From Eledone cirrhosa (taxonomy: Eukaryota): a stretch of DNA of 64,000 nt. Under the pieces are notes generated by a model. It was not told where the DNA came from and did not search any database. It saw nothing but the letters and a program-made list of their open reading frames with translations. Location of the stretch: contig OZ024743.1 in NCBI GenBank assembly GCA_964016885.1, positions 85,188,001 through 85,252,000 on the forward strand, read 5' to 3'. Within the stretch, counting starts at the first letter, position 1. Every line of letters begins with the position of its first letter. This document shows positions 13,769-24,689 of the stretch, one piece after another. The position numbers and the translations under genes are program-made.

Positions 13769-14045
13769 TAGTTATGTAATAAACAACATAAGATAATTAA
13801 TTCATTTACCAATGGTTTCTTGAAGACAGATACTTATGTCTGTCTTCATTCATCAGAAAAAATGTTTATTTCATTAGATAAAAGCATTTTTCTGATGAAT
13901 GAAGACAGACATAAGTATCTGTCTTCAAGAAACCATTGGTAAATGAATTAATTATCCTATGTTGTTTATTACATAACTAAAAAGCTCTGTAGCCTACATA
14001 GAGCACTTTTTTTCCTTTACCTTTCCAAAGGAAATACTTCATTTA
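13769..14045. mobile_element. Penelope-like element forming a ~210-bp palindrome with two inverted hammerhead cores
   Basis: 13769-13865 is the reverse complement of about 13883-13979. CTGATGA at 13892 (+) and 13856 (-), a 10-bp stem II, then GAAAC-C-ATT-G-GTA. Confidence 0.75.
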
Positions 14046-14571
14046 TATATATATATATATGTATATATATGTAAAAGGTAAACAGAAATAACAACACAAT
14101 CGGTACAGTATATCGAAGGGATATCTTAGGTTATCGCTTGATATAGCAGGAAGAGGGTCTTAACGTTTCGGATGCTAGTCCTTCATCAGAGGAAAGAATG
14201 AGAAATAAGATAAATTGAGGGGACGGGCGGGTTGGAATTGGAAAAAGTGTCTTTATATATCATCATCATCATCATCATCATCATCATCGTTTAACGTCTA
14301 TCTTTCACACTAGCATGAGTTTAGACGGGAATTGTCCCAATTGAGGCAAGATTGGTTGTCTCACTCATATAGGACTGTCTGGCAGGTTTTCTACGGCTAG
14401 ATGCCCTTCATAACACCAACCATGTTTACAGTGAGGACTGGGAGGTTTTTACCGTGTTACCTATACGGCCACATTACAGCGTGGAGTGTGTGTTTTTTGT
14501 CGAGACACCTACACGACCTCATTTATTTAGGACTGGATGTTGTGGTGCCAACATAACTTTACAGATATATA

Positions 14572-15268
14572 TATAAAAAAGACAATTTCGCTCTACATGG
14601 CTGAATGCAATAAATGTAATCTGAGTTTTTCGAATATTAATAATAACATTCGATTTGTTTGCAATTATGCAAACAAGCCTCAATTTTATAGCCATGTTAG
14701 TAGAATGAACACTTCATTCTTGCTCTTGTGTTGGTATTCGAACAGAACTGAAAACACTAATGTTTCTGGGTATCACCCTTCATCAGTACAGCTCACTGTT
14801 CACCTGCCAAACTGTCAGAGCTAGTGAAAATATATGCTATTTTCAAAAATACACAGTGACTGATTGGCCTGATTTGCATATTAGCAGACTGGCTGATCAG
14901 TCAGATCTGCTATTAGCACATCCATTGATCAGCCAGATTTGCATATCAGCAGACTGGCCAGTCAGTTTCCTGTATATGAGCGATAAATGGCCAGCTTTGC
15001 CAAATTCAAATAAAAAAGACAATTTCGCTCTACATAGCTGAATACAATAAATGTAATCTGAGTTTTTTGAATATTAATAATAACATTCGATTTGTTTGCA
15101 ATTATGCAAACAAGCCTCAATTTTATAGCTATGTCAGTAGAATGAACACTTCATTCTTGCTCTTGTGTTGGCATTCGAACAGAACTGCATAAAATTGAGG
15201 CTTGTTTGCATAATTTCAAACGAATCGAATGTTATTATTAATATTCGAAAAACTCAGATTACATTTAT
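14572..15268 (-). mobile_element. Non-coding Penelope/retrozyme-like element: 437-bp unit, ~180-bp direct repeat and inverted 5' segment
   Basis: 14575-14750 is repeated at about 15010-15187; 15188-15268 is an inverted copy; (TA)n on both flanks. Confidence 0.75.
14747..14792 (-). ncRNA. Type I hammerhead ribozyme (candidate)
   Basis: Minus strand GCUGUA-CUGAUGA-A-GGGU-gau-ACCC-A-GAAACA-uuag-UGUU-UUCAGU. Conserved core with stems I-III; one U-U mismatch in stem I. Confidence 0.65.
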
Positions 15269-15280
15269 ATATATATATAT

Positions 15281-18057
15281 CATCATCATCTTCGTTTAAC
15301 GTCCATTTTCCATGCTTGGGTTAGACGGGAGTTGTCCCACTTGAGGCAAGGCTGGTCGGGTGACCGTGTCTCGCTCATATAGGACTATCTGGCAGGTTTT
15401 CTATGGCTGGATGCCCTTTCTAACACCAACCACATTTACAGTGTGGAACTGGGAACTTTTTACCGTGTTACCTTCACGGCCACATTACAGCGTGGACTGT
15501 GTGTGTCTTTTTTTGTTGTGATACCTACACGAACTCGATCTCATTTTCTCGTGCTGTTGGTGGGAGTGGGAGGATAGGGTAGGGGTAGTAGATCGGGGTG
15601 TATATTTGGTTAAGAGGTGCCTACTGACTGTAGGTTTCGCTTTGTACATAAGAAAGGCGGGTCTTCTGTATTACTGCGTAGCGCCAAAGATCTCGGTCCA
15701 GAGACATTGTCTTAGAGAGATGTAAGTGTGTGAGGTCGGAACTTGTCAGATCATCCCAGGTTTTTCTGGGTCTACCTACTCCGTAACTACCATCAATTTT
15801 GATCGCCCTGCACTTTTTTATGCAGCTGTCGTCTTTCATGCGCATCACGTGACCATACCAACGCAGTCTTCTCTCAAGTAAACAGCATCTTATCCCTCTT
15901 ATTCTTAATTTCTCACTTAGCTGTTCACGTATATTACTATTACACATCCAACGGAGCATGCAAGCTTCGTTCCTTTCCAGTCGGCGCAGGTCCTCTGCAC
16001 GTAATGCCCATGTCTCACTGCCATGTAGCATTGTTGTTCGTATACAGGCATCATACAATCTGCCTTTCATTTTTAGAGAGAAACCTTTTGTGGCCAACAG
16101 CGGTATAAGCTCTCTGAACTTTTTCCATACCATTCTGACTCTGGCTACTGTACTTTCAGAGCACCCTCCACCACTGCTGATTTTGTCACCCAGGTAACGG
16201 AAAGTGTCCACTATTTCTATAGAACCATCTGGGCAATAGATGGAGCTAGTATACTGTGGGCACTTGCTACTTATTGCACCTGAGCATTGGCCACATATAA
16301 AGTCTACGTTCTTAGATAGTTTACCTGTGATCCCACTACATCTTTTATGTACCCATACTTTGCATTTGGGACATAAAATGGAATTTCTGCCTACTCCTTT
16401 CCTACACACTGAGCATGGCCATTTCCCTGAGGGCACCTGTGCCATATTTTCCTTTCTACAAACTAGAACTTTAGTCTTAGACAAGTTAACTTTAAGGCCT
16501 TTTGATTCTAGGCCATTCTTCCATGTTTAGAATTTCTTCTCTAGTTCAGCCATAGATTCAGCTATGAGCGTTAGATCATCTGCGTATAGAAGTTCCCATG
16601 GGCATCCGGTCTTGAACTCCTCTGTTATAGCGTGAAGGGCAATAATAAATAAGAGGGGGCTAAGGACAGAGCCTTGATGAGCGTCAACTTTTACACTAAA
16701 TTCCTCACAATATTCATTGTTAATTCTAACCTTACTGACTGTTTCATTATACATAGCTTGTATAGCTCTCACAAGTCATTCATCTACACCTAGTTTTCTA
16801 AGAGCCCACCAGATAATGGAGCGGGGGACTCTGTCAAAAGCTTTCTCCAGGTCTACAAAAGCTAAGTAGAGGGTTTTACTTTTAGCTAGGTACTTCTCTT
16901 GTAGTTGTCGTACAAGGAAAAGAGCGTCTCTGGTACTTTTACCTGACACAAACCCAAACTGCATTTCATCTAGATCAATTCGCTCTCTGATTAGTTGCGC
17001 TATAACTCTTTCTGTGACCTTCATGACCTGGTCAACTAACTTAATGCCTCTATAGTTTCCCCTATCTAGAGCATCCATTTACCCTTGTAGCAGTTAATGA
17101 TGATGCTGCTACGCCAGTCTTTCGGTATGACCCCATTCTGTATTACTTGGTTAACTATACGGATGACCATAGTGTGTCCCACCATACCAGATGCCTTCAA
17201 CATCTCAGCAACTATCTCCGAAGGCCCAGTTGCCTTGCCTGTCTTCATATCTTTGATTGCCTTACTTATTATACTACCTTTAACTTGCACCGCTGGTCCT
17301 TCTATTGGATCGATTTGGGGCAGACTATCTTTTTCCCATTTATTCTCCTCATTTAATAGTCTCTCATAGTGACACTTCCAGGCTATCTTCTTATCAGTGA
17401 GCGCAAGTACACCATTATCATTAAGGACACACTTCTCCCCGACAATATCATGGTTTTCCTTGACACATTGTCTAGCAATCTTGAACACCTCCTGTTTCTT
17501 GTTCTCACATTGCAGAACGTGCTTTAACTTTCTATCCTCTGCTTCCTTTTTTGCAAGGTACACTTGTCTCCTAGCTTCTCTCCTGGCCACTTGATAGTGT
17601 CCTCTACTTCCCCCAATCTGCCATACTTTCCAAGCATGCTTTTTGGCCTTGATTGTCTCTTCCACCACCAAGTTACTCTCCTCCTGCCAAAAGGTCTGCT
17701 CCAGCCACAGATTTCATCCGTTGCTTTCAGCAGGTTCACTTTCAAGAATTGCCACTGTTCCTCTATATTGCACATCTCTAATTGCTCTTCCTTATTGTCA
17801 AAGGCATCAAGTAATAAGCTTTTAAATTTGTCACTGGCTATGAGGTCCTTCAACTTCCATATTCTTCTCCTTTAGGTAGGCCTCATCTGTCATCGAGTAC
17901 GTCTATTCCTGACTATGAGGTCACTAACTACTAGGCTATGTTGGGAAGTGCATTCTTCACGGGGGAGGGATTTAGTGTTTACAACAGACATTTTGTCCCA
18001 TCTTCTAGTAAGGATATAATCTATCTGGCTGGCGTGTTCCCCTGATCTATAGGTGAT
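15281..18057 (-). mobile_element. RTE-clade LINE subfamily A, 5'-truncated, with frameshifts and stops
   Basis: RT motifs GNYRGIKL, QFGF, FVDLEKAFD, HQGSVLSP and LLYADD; PHD-type Cys/His cluster; RRLRWYGHV; (ATG)n tail; TA flanks. Confidence 0.95.
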
Positions 18058-18062
18058 ATATA

Positions 18063-18452
18063 TATTCATTGAAACAGCAACAGAAGGCCCAGACTGGAGA
18101 ATTTACTTCAGAATTTTAATCCCGTAAAAGCACTATACATATTTTGATGTCTCAGCTCTATCATCCAATTATGATGCAGGACTAGTCTTGATTCATAATC
18201 AGATTATATAGTTGGGCCATCAAAATATGTATAGTGCTTTCACAGAATTAAAATTCTGAAGTAAATTCCCCAGTCTGGGCCTTCTGTTGTTGTTTTAACA
18301 AATACTTTACTCCGTTCCTGCACCAACCACTGGATATCTCATCTACAGTGGAAGATTTGCATAACATTCAGTGCTTTAATTACTTTGTTGCATCATCGTT
18401 TACTGACCTGAACCACCGATTCTACCCATTGGTAAACAACCTAACATAAATT
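18063..18452. mobile_element. Penelope-like fragment with ~100-bp inverted arms
   Basis: 18070-18170 is an imperfect reverse complement of 18200-18297. Confidence 0.6.
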
Positions 18453-18473
18453 ATATATATATATATATATATA

Positions 18474-19779
18474 CAGGGTGCGGACGATATTTGTTCGCAA
18501 GATTACTGTCTAGGAAAAAATAACACAGTAGTTTTATTTTTTAAGATATATTTATCAAACTTGGGTCAGTTGGTCTTCATGACTTGTTCTTTCAATCTCA
18601 CTCGATAAACCCGCCATTGGCTTTGATGACGGCCTCAAGGCGGCCTCGGAACCAGCTACAGGCCTTCGTCACTATCCCCCCGACTTAGGCCCCTAAAGGC
18701 ACTTGTGATCCTGGCCTTCAGATCGTCTTTCATATTGCAGCTAGATCTGTTGGTGTCTCGTTCCACTGCGCCCCACACAAAGAAGTCGAGGGGGTTGCAG
18801 TCAGGCGAGCTGGGAGGCCAGATGTCAGGGAAAGTGTGGTCAACGAAGTTCTCTGACAGCCAGGCTTGGGTCTTTAGGCTGGTATGGCAGGGCGCTGAGT
18901 CTTGCTGCCACACGTACGGCCTACTTGTAGCTACCTGGTCGATCCAGGGCTTTACTACCTCGCTCAGAACGCGGATGTAGCCATCGGTGTTCAGCTTGAG
19001 GCCCTCAGGGAAGAAGTGAGGTGACATGATGTCACCTTGACTGCTGACGACACCTAAGACCAATGTTATCGCTGGAAACTTTATCTCCATGACTCTGGGC
19101 ACGTCTTTGGATGAGACAGCGAGCCACCTGTTGTTCTGGGAGTTGATCTCTGGTCTTAGCAGAAGTTTTTCTCGTCGGAGAAAAACCACACCATGTCTGG
19201 CTCCAGTGGGTGTTTCAACTTGTTGATCAGCTTCTTTGCGTGCTTCAGTCGATTTCTTGTATCGCCTTTAACAGAAATTGTCCTTTCCTCATCTTGTATG
19301 AAATGTAGCGAATGTCTTCATGTACCACCAGCCTAATGAGCTTTTCATCCATGCCTTTCTCCCTTGCAATGGCATGCATCGACTTGCTAGGTTCATTGTT
19401 GATGATATCCTGAAATTCAGCAACGAACGCGGGCGTTCTGAAGGCGTCAGATCGTCGATCATGTGTTTTCCTCTCTGATGTTGCTTCATAGTCGAATCCT
19501 GAATCTTCCAATTCCTTTCTGACCTTTTCCACCATTCTCCTGCTGACGCTGAGAAAGTCTGAAATTTCCTTATTTGTCCTCCCGGCGCGGATTCCAAGAA
19601 GAATTTCGTGTCTCTTCCACAAATTTGGAGGTTCAAAATTATTCATAATCAATTATTCTGAAAATAAATAATGGAAATATAGTCAGTGTTTTTATGAAGA
19701 CAAGAGTGACAACGGAAGTAAAAATAATTGGCATAAAATTAGCAGTTGAAAATTGCGAACAAATATCGTCCACACCCTG
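18474..19779 (-). mobile_element. Tc1/mariner DD37D (maT-type) DNA transposon, full length, with a disrupted transposase
   Basis: TIRs CAGGGTG(C/T)GGACGATATTTGTTCGCAA flanked by TA. Motifs WFFSDEK, WQQDSAPCH and SPDCNPLD, with 37 residues between the 2nd and 3rd Asp; N-terminal HTH region. Confidence 0.95.
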
Positions 19780-19791
19780 TATATATATATA

Positions 19792-20062
19792 TGTGTTGTT
19801 TCCTTGAGCAAGACACTTTATTTCACATTGCTCCAGTTTACTCAGCTGTAGAAATGAGATGATAGGGACTGGGGTCCTTATCATTTCACTGCAAAGTGGA
19901 CGTGCAGGCGCCACGGCAAAAAGCACCCAGCACTCACAGTAAATGAGGTTGGTGTTAGGAAGGGCATCCAGCTGTAGAAATCAAGCCAGAATCAGTTCCC
20001 GTCCCACCCTTGCAAGCAGGGAAAAAGCAGACGTAAAATGAAATGATGATGAAATGATGATA
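19792..20062 (+). mobile_element. 5'-truncated tRNA/CORE SINE with an RTE tail
   Basis: Near-identical to the reverse complement of 33871-34135. Confidence 0.85.
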
Positions 20063-23000
20063 TATATATATGAAAATGTGTGAGATCCTTGGTACAGTTA
20101 GGTATATTTGAAAAAAAGGAAAAGAATGACTTCACTTGTAGTTCTAAATAATATTTTTCAAATATATATATATATATATATAGATAGATATATAATCATC
20201 ATCATCATCATCATCATTTAATATTGTTTTTCTCTGCTAGCAAGGGATCGACAGGTAGTCACAGACTAAGCCAGCAGTTAAGTGGAGCTACTGACTATTC
20301 AGATGAGCAGGGGGCCTGCATCATGCATTTGTTCCCTCACTCAAGTGAGTATATTTTATCCTGTCACCAATGCTTGGGTAGTTGTGATGTCTTTGACCCA
20401 ACTGAAGAGTTCTCCCAAGCCTTTTTTTTTTTTAGCTGTTTACCCTTCCTACCACTAACCACCTTACACAGTGTACTGGGTGTGTTCTACCATGTCACCA
20501 ACACTTGGAAGGTTGTCATATCTTTCATAAAGCTGAAGGGTCCTCATGAACCTTTGTTTGAGATAGTTTTACAGCTAGGTGCCCTTTTTATCACCAACCA
20601 TCTCACATGGTGTAGTGGTTACTTTTTTCGTCATACCAGAACTAAAGAGGTTTTCACATGGTAACTGAGGTGTCCTTTCAACCCTTTTTGGCATGGTTTC
20701 TATGTCTTTCCTAGACACCCAACCACTTTACAGAGTGTTCTGGGTGTGTTTTATCGTAGCACCAGCACCAGGAAAATCATTGGTCATAGATTTGATTGAA
20801 GGGCTCTTTCTACCCTATGTGGGTTGGGGTTGGAGGAATAATATGTAGCAAGTAAGAAGGATGATAGGTATATCATGGGTAAGTAAGGTGGGGGTACTGA
20901 CAAGTTTGGTGTCATGTGTATGACAGGTGGGTGAGATTCACTTAGAGATGTGGACGGAGTAAAGAGGTGAGAAAGTATATCATTGTTATAAGACAGGTGT
21001 GGGAGAATTTGACAGGGGGTGAGAGGGTGTAGATGATCCAGGGTAGAGTGGAGGTGTGTACAATGGTGAGGAGAGTATTTTCTAAGGAGTAACAATGGAG
21101 GTTGCAGGAGCCATTCTTTTATAGGGCAGTACAGTATAACACCAGTAATCAGCCCTTTGTCATTTCAAATGTATATATCAACAGTGTAAATGTCTCCACA
21201 CTGTAAATGTGGTTGGTGTTAGGAAAGACATCCAGCTGTAAAAATCTTAGCCAAAATACACTTCCCTTTGAGCAAGGTATGGTGCTGCTAATTGGCCGGA
21301 CTTGCATCATAACATGGATGACCCATCTAACCTATTCAAGCATGGAAAAATTGACATTTAATGGTGATGATGATGATATATTTGTGAATTAAGTTCTGTT
21401 TCCTCTGTTAATGAAACCAATTGTGTTTGTGTGTACATAATATACATCTATATATATATAAGTATAAATGTCTTTGGTAGTGTACAAAATAATATATCAA
21501 TAAAATATAATTGTCAGAAGTAATAAAACACTGTTTATCACTTGGGTAAAAAATATATGATAAAAACAATGTTTTATTGGTGTATCATTTAGGTAGCATA
21601 GGTTGGACAGGTTGTTATAGTCTGAGTCAGTTCTTAAGAGTTACTGACCTCATAGAGACCTTGTTACATTTATGCTTTACGTTTTTAGTATTGTTTCTAT
21701 GACTAGATGTTCATCCTAACATCAACCAATTTACAGAGTGTACTGGATGCATTTTAGCAGGGTACTAACCTAGCAATGTTGTCAAGTCTTTTTCTACCCA
21801 ATGTTGTCTCTGCTTGATCACCAACCATTTTATGAAGTATACTTAGGTGCATTTTATTGTGGTACCAACAAAAAAGATGTTGCTTTGTTCATTACAAAGC
21901 TAAACAGTCCTCTTTACTATATATAACAAATATGGGGTTGATTAGAAGGGGAGTGATGACTATGTGAGTGAAAATAGTGAGGGTATGAGCATGAAGGGTG
22001 CAGAATGATTGAAAGTTAGGATAGGCTTGCTATATACAAGCCAAAACAACTAAGCATCACAGTTGGGTTCATATTTTTCTTTATATCTACTCTACTCCTC
22101 TCTATGCATAGAGTACTACCCTGATTTGTGATCTCCCTGGTCTTGACACCACAGACTTTCATTATATTTCAGCATAGCTGTATGTTTTATATATTAGCAT
22201 ATCTATATGTTTATATACCATAAACATAAGAGAGCTTTGCTATCAAAGAAAGAATATTTTTTCATTTTGAAAAAATGTTTTCCCCTCTTTTGTTCTGTGA
22301 ACATGTCACAGATATCTCAGTAGCTGTTGAGAATATTTCAAGATTTGTTATTCTCTCATCAGTTGACACTCACTCAACCAGTACTGACATAAAAATAGAC
22401 AAGAGTCTATATAGATTTTGATGAACATTTGCTGGTGATGCTCATTTGCATATAGTGCGGACTTGGCCTGTTATAATTAATTGGCTATAGAGAGGGGGGA
22501 GGGGCGACAGTGGTAGCTACATGCTGGTTGTTGGTAGTGGGTAGGAGGATGAGTATAAAACAGCATGAGTAATATGATGTTATAGCAATTAGCATGTGTT
22601 AGGGTAGAAAAGAGATAAAATGATGGATAACAACAGAGAAGTGTGGATTGGTAGATGTCAGCTAAGAGTCTCATAGAGAGAGAGAGAGAGAGAAATTGTT
22701 AACTGAAGAGCATGGTAATGTTGAATATAGAGATGAGTGATGGATGGGTGGTAAATGTTAACAAAGAGTCTCCTGAGGAAGAGAGTGAGAGAGTAAAATT
22801 GATGTGAATAAAGACAGCTCTGACGTCAAGGAACAAGGGTGAATGTATGTGTATATTCTTTTATACTTATATATATATATGTATATATATGCATATATGT
22901 ATATATATATATATGTTTGTATATGCATATATGTATGCATGTAAATATGCATATATGTATATTCGTATATGTATGCATATATGTGTGCACATATGTGTGC

Positions 23001-23077
23001 ATGTATGTATGCATATATGTATATGCATGTTTGCATGTATGTATGCATATATGTATATACATGTAAGTATATATGTA

Positions 23078-23348
23078 AGGTTTTATGTAAGGTTTTATAA
23101 TTTCACAAATTTTTCCCAATAGAGAGAGAGTCGGTTTCTAACATAGTTATAAGACTCTCTCATTGGAATTTGCACAAAATCAACTAGGTAGATTATGTAT
23201 GCATGCATGTGTAGGTATGGATGTTATTGTATGTGTGGATGTGTATGTTTTGAGTTGTATGTATGCTTTGTATCTGTACATGTGTAAATGCAGTTATTAG
23301 ATGCAAAATTTTTGGAATGTTTTAAATATTTTTACTGTTCCATTAATG
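23078..23348 (-). mobile_element. R4/Dong-type LINE 3' end in (TATG)n
   Basis: Matches 44602-44880 and 47092-47350. Confidence 0.85.
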
Positions 23349-23431
23349 TATGTATGTATGTATGTATATGTATTCGCACACGAATACCAATCTATTTGCA
23401 TAAACATTTCACATAATAAACTAGAAGAAGA

Positions 23432-24314
23432 AATGAAGAAGGATTCAGACTTCTAGAATTCTGCGACGCCAATGATATGTCGATATGTAACACAAACTTC
23501 AAAAAACCCGACAACCACCTGATCACCTATAGATCAGGGGAGCATTCTAGTCAGATAGATTTTATCCTCATCAGAGGACGTGACAGATGGACGGTCGTAA
23601 ACACAAAAGCCTTCCCTAGTGAGGAATGTACCTCCCAACATAGCTTAGTTGTCAGCGACCTCACGGTCAGAACTAGACGAACCTGGAAACAGAGGCCAAC
23701 CTGGAGAAGAAAGATCTGGAAGCTGAAAGACCCCTCAGCCAGTAACAGATTTAAAGATATTTTACTCAATGCCTATGGCAGTAGAGAAGAACAGATAGAG
23801 ACATTCAATGTAGAAGAGCACTGGGAGTTCCTAAAAAATAACTTACTAGAGGCGACGGATGAGGTCTGTGGCTGGAGTAAGACCACAAGCAGGAGGAGAG
23901 TGACTTGGTGGTGGAACAATAAGGTAGATGAGGAAGTTAAGGCCAAGAGACAGGCATGGAAAGAATGGAAGAATGGGGGGAGCAGGGTACATTACATAGA
24001 GACCAAGAGGGAAGCTAGGCAACAAGTATACTTAGCTAGGAGGGAAGCAGAGGATAGAAAATTCAAGCATGTTTTGCAACATGAGGACCAGAAACAGGAG
24101 GTGTTCAAGATTGCGAGGTAGTGTGTCAGAGAGAATTGTGATGTCATTGGAGAGAAGTGTATCCGGAATGATAAAGGTGAGCTTGCCCTCACAAGTGCTG
24201 AGAAGAAAGATGCATGGAAGAGTGATTATGATAGATTACTAAATGAGGAGAATGCATGGGAAGAAGAGACCCTACACCCATCCAGCCCTTTGTAGCAGGA
24301 TGATGATGATGATG
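23432..24314 (+). mobile_element. RTE subfamily B internal fragment (endonuclease C-terminus to linker) ending in a short (ATG)n tail
   Basis: Peptide nearly identical to the reverse complement of 36283-37121. Confidence 0.9.
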
Positions 24315-24689
24315 AATGTAACGGGCCATAACTAAATGGAAATGAAGCACAACAAATAGAAATCAATAGAATAAACTAAACAGTAATCAATAACAAGCAG
24401 TAATCGATAACAAATGAGTTAATTAATGAAGCTTAAGAACAATAGAGAAACAAATTGAATCCAAGCTACACAACACACCCTGTATATAAACAAAATACAC
24501 ATCAAGTCTATTAACTGAACCAAGCTCACCCTGGTCAGAGAGACAAACATCTTATCAAAAACTCATTAAGCAAAAAATAACAGTCAATTACACACAATTA
24601 TAGACAAGTGTGGCTTACTGGCTAGAGTGTTGGGCTCATAACTGTGAGGTTGTGAGTCCTATTCCTGGACTGGCTTGTGTGTTGTTGTA

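Noticed and set aside
15958-17875. Antisense ORFs over the RTE (likewise over Tx1 and the DD37D element)
   Set aside because: They are shadow frames of TE coding sequence.
24317-24592. Possible solo LTR (TGTAA...TTACA)
   Set aside because: No TSD and no second copy in the window.
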